Position numbers and translations under genes: made by a program | NCBI GenBank assembly: GCA_964304625.1 | Contig: OZ199839.1 | Location: 11,636,578-11,700,577 of the forward strand | Direction of reading: 5' to 3' | Length of the DNA stretch: 64,000 bases | Source: Kudoa neothunni | Lineage: Eukaryota; Animalia; Cnidaria | In this document: positions 39,872-52,500 of the stretch, one piece after another | How the letters are laid out: each line of letters opens with the position of its first letter | Position numbering within the stretch: the stretch's first letter is position 1 | The notes under the pieces: generated by a model | The model's input: the letters and a program-made list of their open reading frames with translations, nothing else | The model's database searches: none | Told to the model about the DNA's origin: nothing

Positions 39872-42548
39872 ATAATTTACAATTCAATGGTATATTCATA
39901 ATAACTAATAGGAAGCTATGGGTGAAGTTGTAACCAATGGTGAAGATCATATATTACGAATAAGCTTCACATATAATACAAAAACCGATGGAAAATATAT
40001 TAGTTATTACCGTTTCATAAATGGTAATTTCAATGAAGAAAAGGAATTAAATAAAAGATTTGAATGCGATGAAAGACAAATCTCGACTTCCCCTCAAAGT
40101 ATGTGTTTAATCAGTTTCGAAGTTCTCCCTGATCAAATAATTAAACTTTGTTCGATTGTCAATGAAAATATATTATCTTGCAAAATCTACAAATCCAGTA
40201 ATTAAATATAATATTTTCAAGTAATGGTATTTTTATCATTAAAATATTTAGAATATTATTTTCAGAATATTCGGTTGTTATCAATTATTGACAATCATTA
40301 CAAAATTGAAATATCATTTAATTCGGATGTTGAAACCAAGTGTTATTTTTCATTTGATTTTATCGATGAAAGAACCATACCTTCTAATCCAATAAATTGT
40401 GCATGTGACGAAAACAACTATGACATCAAATGTTCTAGTTACAAACCCTATTTGCTTGTTGGACGCACTAAATTAATTACATTTGCGCTGGATAATAAAT
40501 CACAATTTTTTGGTTTTCTCAAAATTTCTGTCCCAATGCCTCTCAGTATTTTATATTATTTCAATATATTATAAGCTCATAATAGAAACGTACTTGGATA
40601 GAAGTGAATACTCAGTAATTCATTTGGAAAATCAGGAAAAAGCAATAATAAAATTTAATCCATTTTACTGTGAATATGCTTTTAAGGGAAATAATTTCGC
40701 CAAAAATAGAAAAAATACATCTACCATCACTGGAACGAAAATAAGCGACATTACCACCACAAGTTATGGTCACCACGATTTCACTTGTCCTACTATCTCA
40801 GCATACATTCTACTGGACAATATTAAAATACAATTAAGTAATTCATTCACAAAACAAAATTATTCACTCCAAATAAATGGTAGTTAATTCAATTATCTAA
40901 AATTTCTATAATTACATATTTAGTATTCAATAATTACCGTCTAGTCGATTATAGTGCCATAATCTTGGGGAATGACATTTATTTCTTTGGAACATTAAAT
41001 AAATTTGCCAATTATAAATATACTTTGAATAATGTTCTCTATATAACAAAATCTGAAACTATTGACCAACAAAAATTATATACAAGTATACAAAATATTA
41101 AAATTGTTTGCGAAGGTTACTATTGTTCGAGCCTTTCTTCCCAAATCACTGATGCCAATATCCTAAAATATAATATATTTATGGAGATATTTAAAAGAAT
41201 AATTAAATTTGATAAAAGTATTATTTATTTATATTCTATTCATAATTATTATTATGTTTTGATGAGTAATTTTTTAGTTCCTACTGTAATAAGTGTTGAC
41301 ATCTCTGAAGTGAGCGATAAACAATATATGATAGTTTATAACATTGACCAGAAACTTCAAAAAATAATCATAAATGAAAAAATCACTGATAAATCAAACA
41401 ATACTTGTTATACGGATGTGAATAAAACTCTCTTATGTGATTATAAATCTTGTGGACAAACGATCACTATCAAGAGCGGCTGTACCCCTCCATTCTGGTT
41501 ACATATTGATTCAAAAGATATGATTATTTCAAATTCGGTTTTGAAACGTAATTGAAACTAATAATTAGGAGTGATTTCATTTTCATTATATTTAGTGGAA
41601 GATTCAAAAAGTGAGGTCGCGTTTGAGTATATAGACGACATGCACCATAATAACTACAATATAATATTAAAATTAAAAAGAAACGAAACTAATAGAGCCT
41701 TTATTTCAAATCATATTAATATTGGTTCTAACACGATAGCAGATGAGTGCTACAGTCTAATAGATATGATAAAAATATCTTTGGTAATGGTCGAGATAAA
41801 ATCTGATTGTTTAGCTAATTCTAAAACTATTAAATATTTGTATCCACTGGAACATGATCCAGGTGAAAGTGACACTCGTAATAAAATTTCTGATCTCTAT
41901 TTAATGAAATATCTTAATAGATAGCTTATATAGTTTTGGAAAGGCGATGGTTGACAAAAAATCAATAAAAGTATACTTATTTTCTCCAATACCAAGGGGT
42001 ACATTAACACCGTCTTATTTAACTGTGGAAGATACAACAACAGGAGATGACATATTTGGCTCATTTGATACTAATTTAATTAGCAGTTGCGTCCAAAAAA
42101 TTTGCACTTTTGTAATACCTTTGAAAGAAGATATACTGTCGGATAACCTTAAAATTACTGCATCGTTTGATGGAATTAGTTCATTTGTGTATCAAATTAA
42201 AAGTATATGATGTTACATGAATCAAAAAATATAGATTGATTAGGTCCAAACGAAGATCTTAATTATTATCTTTTCAAAACTACACATGATAATCTAATTC
42301 TCTATTTGGAAGGTGAGACAATTGCACCTGGTGTCGAGGTACTCTTGGAAGACGACAGAAACTCAAGATATTCTTGTATTATCAAAACGAACGAGGGAAA
42401 ATTTTATTGTACGATTGCTCGAAACAATATATTGGATGGAACATATTTCAAATTCCCAAACAGTAACACAAGAATAAATGTAAAGAAACCTAAAGGTGAT
42501 CGCCATTTAAAAATATTGGATATATTTGATGCAGTTATAAATAACTGA
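39872..42548 (+). CDS. Segment B: 8 further beta-sandwich-like modules on phase-1 exons (middle of the giant adhesion GPCR, or a separate secreted paralog)
   Basis: Exons 39872/39912-40197, 40252-40545, 40585-40879, 40924-41217, 41278-41547, 41596-41862, 41921-42202, 42244-42495 (some boundaries approximate). All have phase-1 GT donors and paired Cys (e.g. SCVQKIC, VCEGYYC). No TM segment. Confidence 0.65.
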
Positions 42549-43719
42549 CGAACTTATTTACAACGCCAATAAAAATATTAACGTTACTATCGAGAAAACC
42601 CGGGAGCGAGCTTATTTAAATAAAAAACACCTTGAAAAATTAACAAAAAATGTTAATCTCTTTATAAAACATTTTTCTTAACGGAATAAATTCATAATGT
42701 GTCTAATTTCAACATTTCGTAAATCTTGTTAAGTAAAATAAATATTCTAGTCGTATAAAAGTACTCTACTTCGTATAAGAGCGGGATTATTAGGTTACAA
42801 TGATTTAAAAGAATCAAAATGATCTTTATCTTTCAACTGATCCGTCGAATAAAGTATTAAACCCTAATTTTAATAACAGCGTCGTTCTTTTGACAACATT
42901 ATTAATAAAAATAAACAGTAATATTCCAGACCTCTTCTCTTTCTCCTTGAATGGATTTTGTCATCATCTAGAAATCGAAATTTCTTAAAACTCCAATGGC
43001 GTACTAATCGCATCAACTAACCCATCAATCTAAAAGTTTGTTGGCAAATTTTACTCTAAAATAAGTGTGTTACATTCTTCTTAAATCCATATAAAAATCA
43101 TCGACAAAATCAGCGTTAATTAAAGGCGCAACATTATAATATTCTCCCCTATCCCGAATCAATCTCCCGCTTAAAAGACACGTCGCCGTTTACACCGCCG
43201 CCTTGCCAACTCACGTACTCACAAACACAAACCCCTTTGGTCGACTTAACTATTTTCCAAGAGTTAAAAAGAGTAAAATCTCAACGAAATGGTTGAATAT
43301 ACAGCAAATAACCAATTTCACACACTTTTAAAACCCCGATTTAGTTAGAATATTGATTGGTCATTGATTATATATGTTTCTTATAATTTTTAAATCAAGA
43401 TTTTTCTAAAAGTTATTTTAAATAGTTATTAAATAATGTTACCGACAGTCACGTGATTCACAAATTTCATGCACCATTTTCAGGTACTTCTTGTTTATTA
43501 TTTTGTAAAGTCAATATTTGATTCCAAAAACTCCTATAACTATACCTTTTGTCGAAAAGTATAATATTAGTTATTATTATGAAAGTCTCCAATCTAATGA
43601 CCCAAAAAGTGCCACTTTGTCACCTTTTAAAATATCTATTATCCCGACTCCTAATGGCATCCTAGTGATGAAAAATTAAATAATCAAAACCTATAAATGT
43701 TTTAAGAATCTAAAAATAG

Positions 43720-43900
43720 AAGTTATTTGCACGTAGAACAATTTCATTCTGTTGATCAAGATTTGTACGAGTACATTGAGTGGGATCGAAGAAAAATGGT
43801 TGTAGTAGGCACCGTCGCGATAACCAAGGGAAATTAATTAGCCGATGAAAAAGGTTTACTTTCATATGCAATTCGTGGTGGATATCGCTGATATAAAAAA
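43720..43900 (+). mobile_element. pogo/Tigger CENP-B-type HTH fragment
   Basis: Reads F.SVDQDLYEYIEWDRRK....AI....LA.EKG...RGWI across frameshifts, as in Tigger HTH2. Confidence 0.35.
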
Positions 43901-44403
43901 GGCCCCAACATTTATAATTCTAATTTTATTAATTAATCTACTGATGTTATGACTGAAACTACTTCAGAGTGGTTCACTCAAATCTGAATATTTTTTTAAA
44001 TATACTCTGAAAATTTTATTCGCAATGTAGACTAAACTGTCTTATTCTACCAATAGCAACAATGGAGATATTTCATATATTTCTGAAAAATAGTTTTTTG
44101 TTGATAATACATTTCTCGGATTATAATATACAGTTATTTAATCAGCTAAAACGGAATAGAATCATATTGCATCCTTGAACATCGACCTTATTTTGTTATA
44201 GATGATTATATGAAATCCGAATAATTGTTCCACGTACAAAATAACGGAAATTAGTTTAATCCGTTCCTGCGTATCGAATAAAGTCTATTTTTATTTATTT
44301 GAAAATGTACACACCTTGTATCTATGAAATATAATAAAAAATATTAATTATAATAATATAAATGAAATATAGGATTAATATTTTTTGGTTTTTACACGAA
44401 AAA

Positions 44404-45140
44404 TTAAATAGGTTTCTCCTTCGATGGCGGTCGCATGAATTGATTAAGCGGCTCTTCTTCTGGAATTTCTTTTCTTCCCTGTTTTTTACTCCAACTGGAC
44501 TTCGCTCTTATTTTGATGCGTTTACTAATATAAACACATACCTAAAATTAATTGCTTTGCCTTTGTTTAGAATTCTTCTGAAGTGGCTCATTACGATATG
44601 GTTAAAAATGTCCTCTATTCGATTTACCAACACTGTATATCAGGGGTCTCCAAACTTTTCTCTTCATCGACCCCCTCCATAGATTTTATTAAAAATATTA
44701 AAGTATATTCAGCGTTTTGACTGTAACAATTAAAATTATGTGCAATATCTCACATTAATGTTCTATTTTCGGTATATAATAAAATGCAATATTACACTAA
44801 CACAAAAAACTTTTACTAACGATGTAACATCAAATATATCAGACAAATCTTAGATATTTGTAAATTTACCACAATAAACCTGTTTTTCATTATAAATTAT
44901 ATTCAAATGACCTCCTATGTTAGGTCTTCTGTATATGATTATAATTACATGTTTTTGCATAAATATGAATACAGCGCAGATTTTAAGATTAAATTACATT
45001 ATATATAGAAAAATTAATATTTATTCATAGCTGCCTTTAATAGTTAACAAGAATGTCTTAATCTTTACCCTTAGATAGTGTTCCTTAGTCTGAGGTCGCT
45101 TCAAGAGTTTTTGAAGTGTCCACAGGGGTTCAAACGACAT
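44404..45140 (-). CDS. Candidate small spliced gene (~90 aa, unknown function), antisense to the GPCR locus
   Basis: Phase-consistent chain MSFEPLWTLQKLLKRPQTKEHYLR / VYC / VLVNRIEDIFNHIVMSHFRRILNKGKAINF / RAKSSWSKKQGRKEIPEEEPLNQFMRPPSKEKPI*, with GTAAAG, GTAAAT and GTATGT donors and a 35-nt last intron. Needs a 10-nt micro-exon. Confidence 0.35.
44641..44680 (+). mobile_element. hAT (Charlie-type) terminal fragment
   Basis: CAGGGGTCTCCAAACTT is a typical Charlie/hAT TIR; no partner end found. Confidence 0.45.
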
Positions 45141-45721
45141 TTACTTGTTGTTATTATTATTTTCGTAGCTTTTATAATTTTGTTTGAAATCAATTTAAAA
45201 ATAAGACTTATCTTTTATAGTCAATTATAAATTTAACGTAAACTATCGTTATTGTTTTGTATATTATGATATCAACAAATACTAGTGATCATTTAAATTC
45301 GAGATATTTTAAAATGAGGAAAAATTAATTTATTACTTTGATTAAAATAATTATTTAATGAATGATTTTGAATAGCGCATTTATCTTTAACTATGTCATT
45401 ATATGCATTTTTATTAATTTATCAAAGAGCACATTTATTAGAGTAAGCGCGGTAGTTGTTCTAATCGTACCCTTTAAAATTATAGACAACAAATAAAATT
45501 TTTAGAGATATATCAAATATTTTTTTAAATTTATACTTTTATAGGTTTAATGAGGGAGTATTAAAAAATAATTCATTTGGAAGTTGGTATATTTAAATAG
45601 TAATGAATTGGTGCTAAATTTGAAATTTAATTTAAACAATTTTATAAATCATTTAAAATATGCAGTTTCCATGGTATCGGTTTTGAATATTGGCAATTTT
45701 AGTGAATATCGAGTACACCCA

Positions 45722-46180
45722 AAGCTGAGAACAGATAGCCCAGTGGTGTGGTGACTGGACACGATACCCGCCAACTGATCAGTCTATTGTTTCCGTATGA
45801 GTGTACCACTATCCCGTAATGAGAGCTGTTATTAGAATGGGATTGCACTATAAGTGTAATTTCCTTTGCACTTTTAGTTCAATCTAACAGAGAAGGTTGA
45901 ATTAGACGTTTTAATCGTCGGATGCTCTAACAGACCTGAAATCTCGGTAGAGCCTAAGTCCTTATGGATTTGTGCGTACGGTATGGGATGGTGCATGCAC
46001 CACCAATAAGAATGTTTAGTAGGTTAAATACCCACACTACTCAAGAATGATAAGGACAAAGTGGTAAATGTTACTCGTCTTACGGTGTCTACAGCGTTGT
46101 TGACGATGGTCTAACCATCCATATCCTCATAACCTAAAAAAAATTCGCCAGGGGCTTTACCTTGCAAACAAAAAAAAATT
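45722..46180 (+). ncRNA. Structured RNA / tRNA-headed SINE-like retroposon
   Basis: GC-richer non-coding island with pol III A-box TAGCCCAGTGG (45736-45746), about ten stems using G-U pairs on the plus strand, 5'-3' closure, a ctttacctt tail and an oligo-A end. Confidence 0.5.
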
Positions 46181-46593
46181 AAAAAGAGTAACGGAAAAAA
46201 CTAGAAAATGGTGCTATCCTAATTAAATATATTAAATTTAATGATTTAGCATGCCTTCATTTTTATCTTCTTCCTAGTATACGTAATTCTGGTTCCGAAT
46301 CTTAATTTAAAAATACATTTTATTATTAGTAAGATGTATAGTACGGAATATTTAGAAGTATAAATTGTTACTTAATTTTAATATATCCATTGTCATTATC
46401 GTTCAAGTGAACTGCTTGGTGGAGACATATTAACCAATCAAATAACGAGTTATCATTAATAATTATTTTATTTAATTAGTTATCTCCTTATTCACTCATA
46501 TTCACATAATAAATATTTAAATACATCAATTATTTTCGTATAAATTAAATTTTTGTTCTAATAAAGAATGATATTAAAATATTTTTTGAAATA

Positions 46594-49500
46594 ATGGCTA
46601 CGTTCATATCATTTCTTGTTTATAAATTCATCTACGGATTTTATTAGTATGCGTTTAAATTATAATCGTATATTTATTATTCTCTAAAAATATAAATATG
46701 AGAATATTTATTATTTATAGATATATCTATCATCCAAATTTGTTGGTGACAAATTAACTAATACATATTGAAACTCTTTTACTCCTATATATATATATAT
46801 ATATATTGTCCTCTGTTAACGATTATGATAATTTAGAAATATTAAGCACTGAATTGGATTATTATTGGGAATCTCAAAACCTGAATATTGTATTGACGAT
46901 AGTTTCAGAAGGAATATTATCTGAATTCAACATCAATTACCACCTGTGTGAGGAAAATCCAACGAAGAAAAATTCATCGCAGAGACAACAAACAATTAAA
47001 TGCGCTAACAACAGATGCAGTTGGACAGTAGAAAATATCAAATCTGACAAAAATCATATTTTAACGTTTTCATCACAAAATCTTATAAATCATATGTCTT
47101 ATTTTATCAGGAATGGTGAATGTAATATTTCATTATTGGGATACAATAAATTTTTCAATTGCCATATAAATTTTAGACGAGTGTCCCTTCGTTGGCGTTA
47201 AACAAGATGACAAAGCTACTGGTGGCGTTTCAATAATAATAGAATTATTAGGTGTTATGCCGAAAGTCTTATACATCACTTATTCCTTATATGAAACAAC
47301 TGATGGAAACAAACAAGTAATGCCAGAATCTACTCAAAAGATACCCTGCGTTAAATATGAATGCACATTAAAAATCCCAGACATATCACAAACAAAAAGC
47401 TACGATATTATGTTATCCATACCAAAATGCACCGATAAAATAAATTTCAAAATAAAAAATTGTACTATTTATATACAAATATATTAAATAATTTTCTCTG
47501 TAGCTCCCACCACTTACGACTTAGTGTACAATTACCAAATAACCAGTTCCAACAAGGCCACCCTTACAATAATAATATCGAAACTTGCAATACCATATCA
47601 AAAAATTACTTTCGATTGGTTTTTAAAATTAAGTAAAAGCTCAGTACCTCTTCAATCTTCCACTTCATTGGTTGAACTTACAGATGAAAATTCATCATTT
47701 TCATTTCAAATACCAAATATTGATCTAGATTCGGAATACTTCATTGATTTTTCATCCGACTATCTCGCTGCAATGCCTCATAAAACATTGATTGTTAAAT
47801 GTATATTTATAAATTTACTTTAATATATTTTTATATCAAAATTTTAATTAAGCGAAAATCAATTATGAAATAATACAGAAATGGAACGATGGCAAACTTT
47901 CAATTTCATTAAGATTGAATGTACCAATAAATAAATTATGCATTGATATTGAAATTACCACTCTTAAAAAAACGAATTCTGGAATAATAGAAAAATCCAC
48001 AGTCACTCTGAATGCAACTTTATTTTGTGACCAAAGCGTTTGCGACTATGAATTTGAAAATGTGACCAAAAAAGATCATTTCAAAATCGCGTTAGTATCG
48101 AATTTATTACAACCCAAAGCTCCTATCATCCTTAAGAAAGGTAAATCATTATTAAATAATTTAGAAATTGCAACAAATTTTTTAGAACCTACTACATTTA
48201 CTATAAATCAAAAATACGAAAAAAATGTATTCTTGGTGGAGTTTTCATTGCATAATAAATACAATGAGATATTCATCAAATGGAGTTTGTCGGACACAGA
48301 AGGAAATTTGGTCGAACATTCTGGCAATTTATTCAAAGAGGTTGTGATTTACAATGATAAATTTGTCCTCAATCTTGGGAAGCTGTACCAAACTAAAGAA
48401 TACAAATTAAAGTTTGAATCCGAAGAACTTGATGGGAATAAAGAACTTGCAATAAATAGTAACAACTAATCAAATATTGAAATAGTTGACCATTCCTAAT
48501 TTTGTTTAAAACAATAATTATAATATGTTGTATCATTTAAAAATATATTATCCTGTATTTAACTAATAATGATAATTTTAGAGAAGTTTGACTATGTCAT
48601 AAAATATAAATGGGATTATCACAAACTAAAAATAACATTGGAAATTTCACCGAGTGAACCTCGGATGGATTTTACCATCGACTATTCTTATTATGAAAAT
48701 GATAAAAAACCAGAAAATGTGGTTGAAAATAATAAACCGATTCAATGCGACACAAATATATGCACGTTTTTAATTAAAAATATAAATTACGCTGTCGATC
48801 ACACATTTTCGTTCCATGTACCAAGTCTCGTCGATAATGTTCAGTATCAAATAAAGAAAGGTACTTAGATTATCGAAAATGGCTTGTAATTCTGTTATTA
48901 ATTATATTATTCAGAACCATGTCCGCTGTCAGATATACAACTGAAACCTCCAGAAAACGAGGATCGCACTCTAATAATTCAACTGTTATTTGCATACGAA
49001 GAGTTATCGGTTGATTATTCAGTTTATGAATCAGATGAGAATACTAGCTTAATAATTCATGATCCAAATAAAAAGATAATTTGTGAATCGACCATATGTG
49101 AATTATCCATCCCAAAGCTAATACTTACAAAGTCTTATAACATTGTTGTGAAAGTACCCTTGTGTAAGGAAAATTTGACGATATCAACTGAAAAAGGTAC
49201 AATATACCACTCATAAAAATAATAAATTTTTCTAGCTCGAAGCAATTACACATTAACATACAGTTATCAAAAAGAACAGTCCAACAAAGTTACACTTACT
49301 CTACAATTAAAGCTTTTATTACCTTATGATAAAATCGAGTTGGATTGGTCTTTGAAAGCAAATTCCAATGTCGTTATGAGATCATCTTCAAAAACCGAGC
49401 TGACTCAAAAGAATTCCATATTTTCCTTATCTATACCAGAAGTTGATACAGGAAAAGAATATACAATTGAGTTCACTTCCAAATATCTCGTGGAAAAAAC

Positions 49501-52500
49501 AAATGGGAATATCATAATTAAAGGTATGTAATAATAAACCCGCTAGTTCATTCGCAGTCATTTATTTAATTAATGATATATTAATAAATGAATATTATTA
49601 TAATTCGACATTTTTCAAATAAAAATAATTCAGAAATAATTGTTCAATTTATGTTTTATTCTCAAGAAATAATATGCAAGATAAACAAAATTTAATTAAA
49701 TTAGTGATTATACAATGGATTATAATTTGATTTCATTGTATACTTATTATTTATGATAGATGATATATATTAATTTATATCATTTAATTAATTAATTGTG
49801 TGAATATCACAAAAGAATTGATATCACCGTGAAATTCATGTTAAACCTAATTTTAACCCTCCGGTATCCAGGAGAAAAGCTTACGCACATACATAGACGT
49901 GGACATTGTTTCCAACCACCCAAAAAACATCGGATTATATAATTGACTACGAATTATTTAATTAAACATATTTTGCATAATATTAAATTTATTCTGCATT
50001 CACCGTAATTGCCTTGTTCACACGGACTGCATTTTGTGCGGCATCGTTTTTGGGAGATCTGTTACAAACACAGAAATGTTAACGTTTTTCGAATCTATGG
50101 TTTACCCTTTCACTTTTGTTTTGTATATTTGCTTTGGATTCCACTATGAGTTCTATTGCTAGCTGTTTTTGGAAATCTCTTATGACCAAAGCTTTTATTG
50201 GTTAAGTAATTGAGAGTTTCTAGATCCATATAGTTGAAATTCATTATACACATCTGCTTCTACTATATTGTAAAACACAGCATTTGGCCAGCGTCTAATG
50301 GCTCATTCTGTAGAATAGCATCGCACAAGCTGATCGAAAGTGTCAACATCATCATTTATCGCATTGTAATATAGGATTATCTTAGGTTTTGATTTTTCCA
50401 TTTCATGACCCCTATCAGAATCAATGTCCCAGGAAATACTTTGAGGTCATTAAGGTTAACCTTTTTGTGCGTTTATTCTCAATATTATTTTATGTTAAAA
50501 CAATAATATTATTCCTTAAAATTAAACTATGTATACACTTTTCTAAGAAATCAATCCGTTTTATTTATTATAATTATACAAGTTTGGGAAAAAGTATAAA
50601 CAATGTAATTGCGCTAACGTAACGTATAGTTTATATGGTTTAAAATAGTTGGTTGTGTATATTGATTGCTAACAAATATAATAATATAGTTCCAATAAAT
50701 TATCAAATCAACAAAAAGCACGCAGATGATAAAGTTCAACTAACAATACAGCCAGAAATAGATGTGAATCAATTAGAAGTCAAACTTGAATATTCCACTT
50801 TGAAAAAGACCCCTAATAAATATGACGTGAAGGAGACAAGATCAATAGATATAACGCTAAAATGTATCGAAAAAGTTTGCGAATATCTTTTGGAAAAAAT
50901 TGACAAGAATGAAAACTATTACATTAAAATTGTGCCAGGTTTATTGCAAAAGAAAGAACCTATTCTTATCAAAAGAGGTATTATTTTTCTGTATTATTAT
51001 TAATATAATATATTCAAGAACCGACTACATTTGAGGTTAATTATAAATATAACAATAATGAATTATTGGTTGAGTTCACATTGAAAATTAAATTTGATGA
51101 GATATTCATCAAATGGAGCTTATCAGACTCAATAAATGTTTTGGTCAAAAATTCTAACGATCTGTTCAAAAAGGTTGTGGTCAAAGATAACAAATGTACC
51201 TTAAATCTTGGACCGTTGTATCAAACAAAAGAATACAAATTAACATTTGAATCCGAAGAACTTACTGGGAAGAATGAACTTGTAGTAGAAAGTAATAATT
51301 AATAAAATATCGAAAAAGTTGACTATTCCTACTTTTATTAAAAATATTAATTATAATATAATGTATAACTTAAAAATAAAAAAAATTTCTTGTTGAATTA
51401 TAAATGATAATTTTAGAGAGATTTGAATATGCATTAAAACATGAATGGGATTATCACAAACTAGAAATAACATTGGTAATTTTCTCGAATGAACCTCGGA
51501 TGGAATTTGCTATCGACTATTCTTATTACGAACAAGGTAAAAATATTGCTGATGCGATTATAAACAAAAAAACAATTATATGCGAACATCATATATGTAA
51601 TTTTGAAATTGAAAATATCAACTATAAAGTTGATCACATATTTTTACTTCATGCCCCAAATCTTGTCGATCACCTTCAGTATGAAATAAAGAGAGGTGAT
51701 TCAAAACTCAACAATGTGTTTCCATTTTCTTAATTTTATTATATTTAGAACCATGTCCATTGTCAAGTATACAACAAAAGTCGTTTGAAAACGATAAACT
51801 GAATCTAATAATTAAACTTTTATCGGCATACGAAGAGTTATCAGTTGATTATTCAGTTTATGAAACAAGTGAAAATACTGATTTACTCACTCTACACTCA
51901 AATGAACTGATATCGTGTATAATGAATACATGCGAATTATCCATTTCAGACTTAACACTTACAAAGTCTTATAATGTTGCTGTGAAAGTACCCTTGTGTG
52001 AAGCAGGCAGGACTCTATCAATCGATAAATGTATAATATCCGAATCATAAAAATAATAAATTTTTTTAGCTCGAAGCGATTACACAATAACATACAATTA
52101 TCGCAAAGAAGAGTTCAATAAAGTTACACTTACTCTACAATTGCAGCTTTCACTTCCTTATGATAAAATCGAGTTAGAATGGTCTCTGAAAACAGGTTTG
52201 AATTCAGAGGTCGTTAAGAGTTCATCTTCGATGACTGCGCTGACTAAAGAGGTTTCCTTATTTTCATTATCTATACCAGAAGTTGATATAAATAATGAAT
52301 ATACAATTGAGTTCATTTCCGAATACCTTGTGGAAAAAATAAACAGAAATATCCTAGTAGAAGGTATATAATAATAATGTTGTTTATTTCATTCGCATCT
52401 AACTATTTAATTGATACTATATTCATGATCTAATTTTAATAAAATTCATTAATTTTTCCAAATTTAACAATTAAGTAATAATTAATCTATTTATACTAAG

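Noticed and set aside
42600-43300. Decayed Tc1-like element truncating a module exon
   Set aside because: No TIR pair or clear catalytic motif could be identified.
44362-44682. 106-aa plus-strand ORF
   Set aside because: Phe/Leu-rich antisense shadow running into a hAT TIR; it does not match the module pattern or exon phase.
46105-46160. TAACCTAA as a telomerase template, or CAGGGGCT as RNase MRP CR-V, in the structured element
   Set aside because: The template-like word lies at the 3' end rather than before the pseudoknot, and there is no GAAAGUCCCC CR-I partner or H/ACA box.
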